Source of the DNA: Promethearchaeota archaeon | GTDB taxonomy: Archaea; Asgardarchaeota; Thorarchaeia; Thorarchaeales; Thorarchaeaceae | NCBI GenBank assembly: GCA_014728035.1 | Contig: WJMJ01000039.1 | Location: forward strand, 1 to 43,844 | Length of the DNA: 43,844 nucleotides | Reading direction: 5' to 3' | Part shown: one piece after another, positions 19,386 to 28,472 of the stretch | Layout of the letters: the number at the start of each line of letters is the position of its first letter | Position numbering within the stretch: the first letter of the stretch is position 1 | The notes under the pieces: generated by a model | What the model was told of the DNA's origin: nothing | The model's database searches: none | Seen by the model: only the letters and a program-made list of their open reading frames with translations | Made by a program: the position numbers and the translations under genes

Positions 19386-20306
19386 ATGAGGACCTGTCAA
19401 AACTGCGGAAAAGCAAATCAACCAACAAGAAAATACTGTATAAGGTGCGGAAAATCCCTTATCAGAGTGAAACCTGAGAAGAAAGAAGAAAGTCCGAAAA
19501 TTCAAGTTCCAGAGGTAGGAACCGTAACCACAGCTGCCTCATTTCAAGCTGGTCAAGGTACAACTCAGACCTCAGTTAGTAGCAGTCCTCCACCAAGTCC
19601 AACTACAGAAGACAAATGGGTACGTCCAAGTGAAGTATCCCGAGATCGAGTTAGATCCTCCAGAGCTCCCAAAGTCATGTCTGAAATGGAAAAAGCTAGA
19701 CAAGCTTTTGAAAGAGCAAAAGAAGTAGGAATAGAAGAAGATAGTTCTGGAATAGTTGAATCAAGAATGGTACGAGCCAGCGAAGTTCGTGAACTATTAG
19801 AACACCGTCAGGAAATCATGGATGCAGCTATGACACCTGAAGAACCACCACTTCCTCCACAAGAGATACCACATGATTCACTGGATGAAGTACCGAAAGA
19901 CACTACTTCCCTAGAAGAACCAAAGCTTTCTGCTAGAGTATCTCACGAGTTTCGTTCTTCTAGATATGAATCTGATGACCTTGACGAAATCGATTTTGAA
20001 ATTACAGAATCTGAAATTCCAGAGTCAGAAAGTAAGCCCGATATTATTGATAAAGAAAAGGTTGCTACATGCCCTAATTGCGGAACGGTTCATGGTATAG
20101 ATTCCTTTGAATATCCTAATGAAGTGTATAGTGCTATGGGAACTGCTCGCTTGAAACATGCAAAGATGCTAGTAGTGAAAGGGAATGGACAAGAAGCATC
20201 ACGCTTCTTGCAGATTGCAATTAGTCTTTTCATGAAAGCTGAAAATAAGACCAATCTTGAAGAAGCGAGAAGATTATTGGAATCAGTAAGTTTGAGCTGG
20301 GACTAG
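19386..20306 (+). CDS. zinc-ribbon protein with a long disordered Pro/acidic linker and C-terminal helical repeat
   Basis: N-terminal CQNCG...YCIRCG ribbon, low-complexity middle, CPNCG..H, TPR-like C-terminal helices. GGAG SD present. Confidence 0.75.
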   Translation: MRTCQNCGKANQPTRKYCIRCGKSLIRVKPEKKEESPKIQVPEVGTVTTAASFQAGQGTTQTSVSSSPPPSPTTEDKWVRPSEVSRDRVRSSRAPKVMSEMEKARQAFERAKEVGIEEDSSGIVESRMVRASEVRELLEHRQEIMDAAMTPEEPPLPPQEIPHDSLDEVPKDTTSLEEPKLSARVSHEFRSSRYESDDLDEIDFEITESEIPESESKPDIIDKEKVATCPNCGTVHGIDSFEYPNEVYSAMGTARLKHAKMLVVKGNGQEASRFLQIAISLFMKAENKTNLEEARRLLESVSLSWD

Positions 20307-21103
20307 GCTTTTAGCCAGAGTCGCTCAAACTGCTCTCTCTCTGATTCGAATTTTGAAGGGTCTTTACACATCATTAAGAATTTCCCGTCATAAGATACTT
20401 CCTTCAAACTCTTGAAAATCGGCTGGAATTCGATCTTGCCACCCCCAATCGGAAGATGTTCATCATACCGTACAGCGATCTCCCTTACTGTTTCAGGAGG
20501 TACATTTCCCTTTTTCCTGAGTTCTAACACTTCATCAATCATTAATGCTCCTTTATTATCATGAACATTAACCATTGCTATACTATCCTGAAACTCTTGA
20601 ATGATACCTAAAGCTCGATTTCGATGTGCCATAATCTGTGCATGACCGATGTCTAGAGCAATTTTCACCTCAGGACATTTTTCAGAAAGTAACATCAATT
20701 CAGTGTAATATATCCCTAGGGTCTCGACTGCAAGCTGGATTCCATTTTCTTTTGCTGCATCACAAGCAAGTGGGATATTTTCAAGAAATTGATCAATATC
20801 TTCATCATCATAGAATATTGAGGACAATGTAGAATGAAAGGTCACTAAATCCGCATTAATCTGGCTTCCAATATCAATGTAAGGTATTATCTCACGGGCT
20901 AAATCTAGGGGTTTCCAATCTGGACTGCTAGGAAGATGAAGAGTTGGTTTCACATCAGCTTCCAGAAGCATGTGCTTTGTTTCACCAAAATTCAAGCTAT
21001 GATCTAAGTCCATCCTTAGATCAATAAAGTCTGGTTTTTTTGAGAGAGCTTCCTTCACCTGTTCGGTGTTTCGTGCAAATGTTCCTATCTCCATGCGGTC
21101 CAC
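20303..21103 (-). CDS. sugar-phosphate isomerase/epimerase (AP-endonuclease-2 TIM barrel)
   Basis: LAVET, ALDIGHA, VNVHDN and DEHLPIGGG.I metal-binding motifs. Confidence 0.85.
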   Translation of the reverse strand: MDRMEIGTFARNTEQVKEALSKKPDFIDLRMDLDHSLNFGETKHMLLEADVKPTLHLPSSPDWKPLDLAREIIPYIDIGSQINADLVTFHSTLSSIFYDDEDIDQFLENIPLACDAAKENGIQLAVETLGIYYTELMLLSEKCPEVKIALDIGHAQIMAHRNRALGIIQEFQDSIAMVNVHDNKGALMIDEVLELRKKGNVPPETVREIAVRYDEHLPIGGGKIEFQPIFKSLKEVSYDGKFLMMCKDPSKFESEREQFERLWLKA

Positions 21104-21253
21104 CTGTTAATTCTGTGATGCCACATGTCTTTATGGCTTTTGGTCATATTAGATATATTCAAGCTATTCTCATAAGTAAATATTCCCTTTTTCTTATGCT
21201 GTAAGGGACCTAAGAAACAGCGCTAATCACACAATATATGTTACTTTGATTGG

Positions 21254-22282
21254 GTGAGATACTTGGAAGTTACTACAAAATTTATCACTGATAGTGAGGC
21301 TGGAAAAAGATTACTTACTGATGCGGGTTATTCCACGGAACATGCAATAGACGCAGTTGCTATGTTGGGCGAGCTTTGTGTATTATCCACAATTGTCGAA
21401 ACCATGACAGAAAACTATGAACGCGGAGAACTATTACCACCTAGATTTGAGGTGGATTTGGATGTTCCTCCAATGCAACTGTATCGCGGAAAGAATATTG
21501 ACATTTTAGAATATATGGTTAGTAGAAATATCCTTGTTCCGAGAAGAGGTAATACATACCGTGTTATGCTAAGCTCAATGATGAATAGAATTTTTTCATT
21601 AACAGGAAATGATGACAAGGAATCAATTAGAAAAAAAATCAAAAATATTCGTCAGACTGAAGCTTATCTTAATTTTCTGGATGAAGTGGAATGGGAATTA
21701 GTCCAAACGGTTCATGAAAATGTTGATGCTAAGTACCTAGATACTGATGAACTGGAAACGATGTTAACACCAGATAACCTGTTGGAATCATTCAGACAAG
21801 CTCAGCAAGCTCAGAAGAAATTACGAGAAGTTGAATCCGATAAAGAGCTTGCAAAATACAGAACACAATTCCGAGAAGCAATCGAGAGTCTTGCTGAAAA
21901 CATTGAGAAAGAAGCTAGTCGTCAAAGAAAAATAATGGTAGAAACTGCAATCTACCCTCGTTCGTTTATAGGAAGACGGGATGAACCACTGGTGAGGAGT
22001 TCTTGGGCATTAAAACCTGATTTCAAGAATCATCCTCTTATCATTAAATTTCAAAAAGTGATCAAGAACAATCACGATACATTATCCGAATTGGCTGATC
22101 TATATGAGGATTATATTCGTGAAGTTGTGGATGGGTTGGATAGTGTACATCGAGATGAAACAGATTCCGAAATGGAAAAGCACTGGGAGAAGATTGATAC
22201 ACACGCAAAAGCTCTCAAAGTGCAGGCTCTAATGATAGAAAAATCAGTAAGCTCTATGGATTCGCTCTTTACCGAGCATTAG
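21254..22282 (+). CDS. hypothetical helical/coiled-coil protein upstream of the Rab pair
   Basis: 342-aa ORF with a charged helical composition and a possible winged-helix segment ILEYMVSRNILVPRRGNTYRV. Confidence 0.7.
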   Translation: MRYLEVTTKFITDSEAGKRLLTDAGYSTEHAIDAVAMLGELCVLSTIVETMTENYERGELLPPRFEVDLDVPPMQLYRGKNIDILEYMVSRNILVPRRGNTYRVMLSSMMNRIFSLTGNDDKESIRKKIKNIRQTEAYLNFLDEVEWELVQTVHENVDAKYLDTDELETMLTPDNLLESFRQAQQAQKKLREVESDKELAKYRTQFREAIESLAENIEKEASRQRKIMVETAIYPRSFIGRRDEPLVRSSWALKPDFKNHPLIIKFQKVIKNNHDTLSELADLYEDYIREVVDGLDSVHRDETDSEMEKHWEKIDTHAKALKVQALMIEKSVSSMDSLFTEH

Positions 22283-22353
22283 CATAACTGCATAAGAATT
22301 AAAACCACCTAGCGATAATATCCAGATAGTCAAAGAAGCGGAGAGTTGTACAA

Positions 22354-22884
22354 CTGCCAGAAAACGCTGATTACTTGTTCAAACTGGTATTTCTCGGTGA
22401 GGGAGCCGTAGGAAAGACCAGCCTCGTGGGTCGCTATGTATACGATTCATTTGAGGGTGGATATCTCGCAACTATTGGCACTGATATCCATATTAAAATG
22501 GTCAACCTGGAAGATGCCAAGGTGAAATTGGTAATATGGGACATTGCGGGACAGGATAGCTTCGCACAGTTACGAAAAGCTTACTATCAGAATGCTAGTG
22601 GAGCATTTTTCGTCTTTGATACTACGAGACCTGAAACAATAGAACGGGTTGACAAATGGGTGGATGCCTTGTATGGAGTTACTGGTGACATCCCTCTCGT
22701 ACTTGTAGAGAACAAAGTGGATTTACCAACTGAAATTTCTGAAGATGATAAAAAGCAGCTAACAGAAAAACTCGGAGTCAGTATGATTCAAACAAGTGCA
22801 AAAGAAGACACAAATGTTGAAGAAGCTTTCATTACCATGACTAAAGAAATTCTGGAAAAAGCTAGAACAAGAAAGATAATCTAG
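22354..22884 (+). CDS. Rab-like small GTPase 1
   Basis: G1 GEGAVGKT, switch I ATIG, G3 WDIAGQ, YYQNA, G4 NKVD, G5 SAK. The in-frame upstream extension PENADYL gives DYLFKLV. Start is CTG 22354 or TTG 22375. Confidence 0.9.
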   Translation: MPENADYLFKLVFLGEGAVGKTSLVGRYVYDSFEGGYLATIGTDIHIKMVNLEDAKVKLVIWDIAGQDSFAQLRKAYYQNASGAFFVFDTTRPETIERVDKWVDALYGVTGDIPLVLVENKVDLPTEISEDDKKQLTEKLGVSMIQTSAKEDTNVEEAFITMTKEILEKARTRKII

Positions 22885-22934
22885 ACCATCAAGCCGAATG
22901 ACTTAATTCGGTGTTCTCCATCTTCAGGATATAT

Positions 22935-23483
22935 ATGACAAACCTTGAACCAGACTTTGTGCATAAGATTGTCTTCCTAGGAGATTCTGGTGTAGGCAAG
23001 ACCTCCTTGGTGCAGAGATATGTCTATGATAGTCTCGATCCACAAGTTGGACGCACTATAGGTGCAATTTTGCATGTAAAAACAGTAGTCTTTGAAGACG
23101 AAACTCACAAATTGGTGATTTGGGATCTTGCAGGAGAGCAGTCGTTCTCAGAGTTGCGTGAGCAGTATTGTGCAAATGCAACTGCAGCATTCTTTGTTAT
23201 TGATACCACACGTCCAGAAACTCTGGAATCGGTAGATGAGTGGCTAGGTGCCTTATTTTCTGCATCAGGAAAAGTTCCAGTAGTAATGATAGAAAATAAG
23301 ATTGATTTGGAATCAGTATTTAGTCCGGGTCAAGTGGAAGGATTTGCTGAATCGAGAGAGATGAAACTCATAAAAACAAGTGCTACTGAGAACAAGAATG
23401 TAAATCGAGCTTTCCATGAACTTGTTGGTGAGATAAAGCTTAGACTTCGAGCACAGGCATCTGATTCTGGCTCGAAAGTCTAG
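22935..23483 (+). CDS. Rab-like small GTPase 2
   Basis: G1 GDSGVGKT, RTIG, G3 WDLAGE, G4 NKID, G5 SAT. Start moved to ATG 22935. Confidence 0.9.
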   Translation: MTNLEPDFVHKIVFLGDSGVGKTSLVQRYVYDSLDPQVGRTIGAILHVKTVVFEDETHKLVIWDLAGEQSFSELREQYCANATAAFFVIDTTRPETLESVDEWLGALFSASGKVPVVMIENKIDLESVFSPGQVEGFAESREMKLIKTSATENKNVNRAFHELVGEIKLRLRAQASDSGSKV

Positions 23484-23487
23484 TGTA

Positions 23488-24183
23488 CTAATGCGGAGCA
23501 TCTGAAGCGCTACCTTTGTATGCCAATCCTAATTTTTTCCTCTCACCAGTATGCATATAGACTGCACGTTCAGCAATTGCAAATGCGTAATCAGCTGCAC
23601 GTTCACAATAACGACCAATAATGATATAGAACATTGACATTGTTGTGATATCCTGTCTTTTTCTCAGATACTCTACAATTTCTTCAAACATACCCGAAGT
23701 TTCATGGTCGCTTTCGGACTCCATTTTTTCGAGTTCATCTATTCTTGACAAGTCACCTTTGAGAATTCCGTCCATGGCTATTTTCAGAGTTATCATTGCC
23801 AATTCTTCGAGATGGGGAATCGATTCAAGTTCCTTGTAGTGTTCTAAATCCTTACAAAGGATAGTGATATGTGCAATCTTGTATGCATATCTTCCTACTC
23901 TGTATAAATGATGACTAACGTATAGATACGTAGCTAATGCTCTAAGGTCTCGTGCCACAGGTTGTCTTCGAGCGATGGTTTCCAGAACATTGTCTTCGAT
24001 GCGTACAGATAACTCTTCAATATCATCTGACATGTCTTTTACCTGATGAGCGAGATCTGTGTCTAAACCAGAAAAAGCTCTGATAGATTCTGTAAATGCT
24101 AGCGACACGATTTCATGCAATCGTTTTAATCTTCTTGCAGTTTCTTCTATATAAAATTCTAATTGTGTTTTCATATTATCCAC
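23488..24183 (-). CDS. phoU: phosphate transport regulator PhoU
   Basis: IARRQPVARDLR and GRYCERAADYA motifs. Last gene of the pst operon. Confidence 0.9.
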   Translation of the reverse strand: MDNMKTQLEFYIEETARRLKRLHEIVSLAFTESIRAFSGLDTDLAHQVKDMSDDIEELSVRIEDNVLETIARRQPVARDLRALATYLYVSHHLYRVGRYAYKIAHITILCKDLEHYKELESIPHLEELAMITLKIAMDGILKGDLSRIDELEKMESESDHETSGMFEEIVEYLRKRQDITTMSMFYIIIGRYCERAADYAFAIAERAVYMHTGERKKLGLAYKGSASDAPH

Positions 24184-24185
24184 CT

Positions 24186-24947
24186 CTAACCAATTCTTCC
24201 TGTAATGAAAGCTTCAGTTCGTTCGTCCCCAGGAGCTTGAGCAATTCTGCTTGTGTTATCAAATTCTACTAGTTCACCAAGGTACAGAAAGGCTGCTTGG
24301 TCTGAAACACGAAAAGCTTGTTGAACATTATGAGTCACTAAAATGATGGTGTAGTCCTTTTTTAGTTCGGTAATAAGATCCTCAATTTTTCCTGCACTGA
24401 TAGGGTCGAGTGATGAGACAGGTTCATCCATAAGCAGTACTGGTGGGTCAACAGATAGTGCTCTAGCAATACAAAGTCTTTGTTGTTGTCCACCTGATAA
24501 GTTGGGTGCAGGATGTTCAAGATTGTCCTTTACTTCATCCCATAAAGCGGCTTTTTTGAGTGATTGTACTACAATATCTTCTAATTCATCTTTGTCAGAA
24601 ATCCCATGCAATTTGGGACCATATTCAAGATTTGCCCTAATGCTCATCGGAAATGGATTGGGTCTTTGAAATACCATCCCAACTCGTTTTCTGAGATAGT
24701 ATACATCTGCGTCTGGAGCAAGCACATCCTCTCCTTCTACGTAAATGTGGCCTTTTGCCCGAAAAGTTCCTATTGTATCATTCAATCTGTTAATGGTACG
24801 AAGTAGGGTGGATTTTCCACAGCCACTCGGTCCCATAATTGCTGTAACAGAACAATCCTCAAAATAGCATGATATATCTTTGAGTATGTGTTTTTTTCCA
24901 AACCAAGTATTGAGGTGTTCAACCTCTATTTTGTATCGTTTACTCAT
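24186..24947 (-). CDS. pstB: phosphate ABC transporter ATPase
   Basis: GPSGCGKST, GMVFQRPNPFPMSI, LSGGQQQRLCIARAL, C-terminal FITGRIG. Confidence 0.97.
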   Translation of the reverse strand: MSKRYKIEVEHLNTWFGKKHILKDISCYFEDCSVTAIMGPSGCGKSTLLRTINRLNDTIGTFRAKGHIYVEGEDVLAPDADVYYLRKRVGMVFQRPNPFPMSIRANLEYGPKLHGISDKDELEDIVVQSLKKAALWDEVKDNLEHPAPNLSGGQQQRLCIARALSVDPPVLLMDEPVSSLDPISAGKIEDLITELKKDYTIILVTHNVQQAFRVSDQAAFLYLGELVEFDNTSRIAQAPGDERTEAFITGRIG

Positions 24948-25924
24948 TAAACAACCCTTCTTGTTAGTTTTCTTGATAACACATTGGCAATAACATCTAT
25001 TGCTAGTACGATCATCATAAGTGCTAACGCGGTACCGTAAGCTTTCGCTTGTAGGACTGCGTTTGGATTAATTATGTAAAGATAAATTGTATAGGGCATC
25101 GATGCTACCCATGACTCAGGTCCGAATAATCCCTTTGGCTCGAAGAGACTATATCCAGAAGTCAAAATAAGTGGTGCTGTTTCTCCCATTATTCTGCCTA
25201 TAGCAAGCAGAATTCCGGTGATAATTCCTGGAAAAGCAGCTCGTATAGTTACATTCCAAGTAGTTGACCACTTTGTTGCACCTAGAGCAAGTGAAGCTTC
25301 TCGTAAAGAAACTGGTACCGCTCGAAGGGCTTCTTGAGTGGTACGTAATACGGTAGGTATCATCATAAAAGCCAGAGTGGCTCCACCTGTAAAGAGGCCT
25401 CTACCGATATGAAGAAAGTCAACAATGAAAGCCATACCGAAAGCTCCAAACACAATTGAAGGAATTCCCGCAAGAATATCAGCTGCAAATTCAATTATGT
25501 TTCTCAAAGTCCCAGGCGCTAGATATTCTGTGATAAAAATTGCACCAAAAACACTTAGTGGAATTCCAATACTTCCTGCTACTATAACTAACCAGAGAGT
25601 TCCAACTATGGAATTTCTAATTCCTAAAGCTTGTCCTGGTCCCGGATTTGTAGTGAAGAACTCGATACCTCTCCCGGGTTCTGAACTGAATATTATTTCT
25701 GCTCCATTAGATACGACTTGATATAGGACTAGGAAGAATGGTAAGATGACTATTAGAGAAACTACTCCTAATCCAAATTTGAAGATTACATCTGAAAAAT
25801 CTCTTCGAGATCTTGAAGCTCTTCTAAACTGAGATTTTAAGGAACGAAAGTCTTCTTTTATTTTTTCAACAAGTGTGACGTTCTCGCTTGGTTTCTTAAC
25901 TCCAAGTTCTTTTGTTTCTGTCAT
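24947..25924 (-). CDS. pstA: phosphate ABC transporter permease
   Basis: LAGIPSIVFGAFG, REASLALGATKW, GRIMGETAPL. TAATG overlap with pstB. Confidence 0.95.
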   Translation of the reverse strand: MTETKELGVKKPSENVTLVEKIKEDFRSLKSQFRRASRSRRDFSDVIFKFGLGVVSLIVILPFFLVLYQVVSNGAEIIFSSEPGRGIEFFTTNPGPGQALGIRNSIVGTLWLVIVAGSIGIPLSVFGAIFITEYLAPGTLRNIIEFAADILAGIPSIVFGAFGMAFIVDFLHIGRGLFTGGATLAFMMIPTVLRTTQEALRAVPVSLREASLALGATKWSTTWNVTIRAAFPGIITGILLAIGRIMGETAPLILTSGYSLFEPKGLFGPESWVASMPYTIYLYIINPNAVLQAKAYGTALALMMIVLAIDVIANVLSRKLTRRVV

Positions 25925-25930
25925 CTTGGC

Positions 25931-26980
25931 TCACTCCATACCTCTTGTTCTCATGCCCCATCTAACAAACACTTTAGCTATAAGCGTGAAGCATATCGAC
26001 ATTGCTAACAGAACAAGACCAATTGTGAAAAGTGCCGCTCGCCATAGGGGTTCACTTGCTGTTACCCCAAGTTGAACAGTAATGATGCTGGTCATGACAT
26101 AGGTGGGGTCAAATAATGTATATGGGATATTTAGTGCATTTCCAGTAACCATAAGAACAGCCATTGTTTCTCCGATAGCTCTTCCAAGTGACAAGACTAC
26201 AGCAGCACCAACTCCTGGTAATGCTGCTGAAAGTACTACCTTTCTAGCAGTTTCACTTTTAGTGGCACCTAATGCAAGAGATGCCTCCCTGAATGTTCTT
26301 GGAACTGATTGCAGGGCATCCTCCGATACAGCAACAACTGTAGGTAATAGCATGATTGCTAGAATAAGGCCTCCACTAAGAACTGAAAGACCGCTAGAAG
26401 TAGACCCTTGAAACCAGGGCATCCAAGCTGTTATCGGGTTACTTTGTAATGCTGGTGCTAAATCAGCAACCGCGAAACGTAATGTAGTAAAAGCCCAAAG
26501 ACCATAAACAATTGATGGAATCGCTGCCATCATTTCTACAATCATTCTTAATGGGGTACGGAGCCAATCTGGACAAAATTCGCTGAGAAAGATAGCTCCT
26601 CCAATGCCTAAAGGCACAGCTATGATGATTGCTAGGCTTGAACACATCAATGAACCAACAATAAAAATGGCAATACCAAAGGCGTCTTTTGAGTGATTCC
26701 ATCTGGTGTCAAAAATGATACCAGGACCATATTCTGGATTAAGGATGATTGGAGTGGATTCAATCCAGAGCATGGTAAGGATAAGGACAATAATACAAAC
26801 TCCCATGAACGCAGGTATGAAAAGACCCATCCGACCAAACAGATCAACTCTTGCTGGTCCCTTAGCAGTACGCAATTCATGGATAAACTTTTGAGCAGAT
26901 TCCTTGTACTCGGTTAGCTTTCCTTTTTTCTCGAATTCTTCTGGTGAATCCTTGTAGGGATCTGTGTCCTGTACTGTCAA
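25931..26980 (-). CDS. pstC: phosphate ABC transporter permease
   Basis: AAIPSIVYGLW, REASLALGAT, GRAIGETMAVLMV.GN. Confidence 0.95.
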   Translation of the reverse strand: MTVQDTDPYKDSPEEFEKKGKLTEYKESAQKFIHELRTAKGPARVDLFGRMGLFIPAFMGVCIIVLILTMLWIESTPIILNPEYGPGIIFDTRWNHSKDAFGIAIFIVGSLMCSSLAIIIAVPLGIGGAIFLSEFCPDWLRTPLRMIVEMMAAIPSIVYGLWAFTTLRFAVADLAPALQSNPITAWMPWFQGSTSSGLSVLSGGLILAIMLLPTVVAVSEDALQSVPRTFREASLALGATKSETARKVVLSAALPGVGAAVVLSLGRAIGETMAVLMVTGNALNIPYTLFDPTYVMTSIITVQLGVTASEPLWRAALFTIGLVLLAMSICFTLIAKVFVRWGMRTRGME

Positions 26981-27062
26981 TGTTTTTGACCACCAAGTTT
27001 AATCATATGAAAGAATTGTAAGGTTAATTTTGCGAGAATAGTTCTGGTTAATAAATTAAGAG

Positions 27063-27090
27063 GGAAGCGCACAAAAAAATTCGCGCTTCC
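27063..27090 (-). terminator. stem-loop between pstS and pstC (partial terminator or mRNA stabiliser)
   Basis: GGAAGCGC-N12-GCGCTTCC perfect 8-bp GC-rich stem 18 bp downstream of the pstS stop. The loop is a U-tract on the minus strand. Confidence 0.65.
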
Positions 27091-27108
27091 AATCATTTCG
27101 TGCTTATA

Positions 27109-28173
27109 CTATACGCCGGGTGTCATTCCCTGAACAACGCTGATAGCGAAGCTACCTGCTGATGTTCCGGTAATAGGTACATATCCGACATCAGGAACGA
27201 ATTGTTGTCCGGTTGTCAAAGCCCAGTTCAAGAAAGCGATAGTGTACCACTTCAGACCGGTTGGATTGACAAGATAGAATAACAATCGTGCGATTGGATA
27301 GGCACCAGCTTGATCACTATTGAATAGGTTTACACCTGGATCCGTAATCTCTGTTGGGAGTGCCTTGAGAGCATTTGCTACGGTTGGCTCAATGTACTCA
27401 TCGAGTTCAGGATTGTACAACCAAATTGGTTCAAGATCGCCAATAAAAGCAAATCCTACATAGCCAATGCTTGCTTCATCACCACCTATAGCTGAGGCAA
27501 CACCGGGGTTACCATCTACTGCTTGTACATGTGATGGCCAAGCAAGAGCCTCATCATGACCATGGCCCCAAACATAGTTAGCATTGGGATTTGTTGTGTC
27601 ATCTGAGGTTTCTAGCCACTTGGCAAAAGTAGCAGTTGTACCGCTTGCGTCTGAACGCCCATAAACCACTATATCGCCAGTAGCATCAACTTCAACAGCG
27701 AAGGTTGTTTCAAATTCTTCCCAAGTAGTGACATTGCCATTGTATATTGCTACAACCATGTCACAATCCATTTTCAATCCAGAAGTGTTTACTGCTGGAT
27801 TTGCAACGACTGCTAATGCATCAAGTGCAACAGGCAGAATGTGCATATCTGGGTTAGCTGTTCGCCAATCCTCCTTTGGATAGGAAGAAGAAGCTCCGAT
27901 GTCAACCAAACCGAGTGCAGAATCTTCTTGACCCTGTCCACTACCACCGCCAGTTGCACTGAAAGTGAAGGTTGGGTAGTAGGTTCCGATTTGTGATGAC
28001 CACTCTGTTGAGAGGGGCAGGACAGTTGTTGATCCAGAAGATGTGATCGTGTATTGGGCTGGTCCTGCTGCGGGGTTTAGTACAAACATAACACCTGCAC
28101 CAGCAATCAGACCAATGAGCAATCCTGCGATAAGTCCGGTCATTTTATCATCCATTTTATTTGAATGCTCCAT
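27109..28173 (-). CDS. pstS: phosphate-binding protein, N-terminally membrane-anchored
   Basis: SGSTTVLP, GGGSG.G, DIGASS, RSDASGTT, YPIARLLF. Start probably ATG 28173 (track start 28206). Confidence 0.93.
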   Translation of the reverse strand: MEHSNKMDDKMTGLIAGLLIGLIAGAGVMFVLNPAAGPAQYTITSSGSTTVLPLSTEWSSQIGTYYPTFTFSATGGGSGQGQEDSALGLVDIGASSSYPKEDWRTANPDMHILPVALDALAVVANPAVNTSGLKMDCDMVVAIYNGNVTTWEEFETTFAVEVDATGDIVVYGRSDASGTTATFAKWLETSDDTTNPNANYVWGHGHDEALAWPSHVQAVDGNPGVASAIGGDEASIGYVGFAFIGDLEPIWLYNPELDEYIEPTVANALKALPTEITDPGVNLFNSDQAGAYPIARLLFYLVNPTGLKWYTIAFLNWALTTGQQFVPDVGYVPITGTSAGSFAISVVQGMTPGV

Positions 28174-28220
28174 CTGTTTTATTGTGTTCCGACGTTGGAA
28201 CCCCAAGTATAAGAGCTACG

Positions 28221-28441
28221 CATATACATCAAGTACGTAAATGCTTAACATATGATACATATGCTATCTACTTAATATGCTGACTTGTTGGCTAGAAAGT
28301 AGCCAGAAGGCTAAATGACCAAGTAGAGAAGTAATAACATAACTGGATTTTTCTTACGGAGAGATTCTTTCTTCTTCTTTGGGAAAATTCAGAATACGTG
28401 AACTTCGTGCATTTACGACATTTACATATTGGATATGTAAA
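28221..28441. promoter_or_regulatory. divergent pstS / phoU-regulator promoter with CATAT-based boxes
   Basis: TTTACATAT-TGG-ATATGTAAA perfect inverted repeat (28421-28441), CATATG-ATA-CATATG (28249-28263) and further CATAT copies (28221, 28275 reverse). Confidence 0.55.
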
Positions 28442-28472
28442 GATAAACATTTGAAACAAAGGATGACTCTCA

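Noticed and set aside
19239-19505. 88-aa minus-strand ORF
   Set aside because: It overlaps the Zn-ribbon gene antisense and runs into AT-rich intergenic DNA with an F/Y/I-biased composition.
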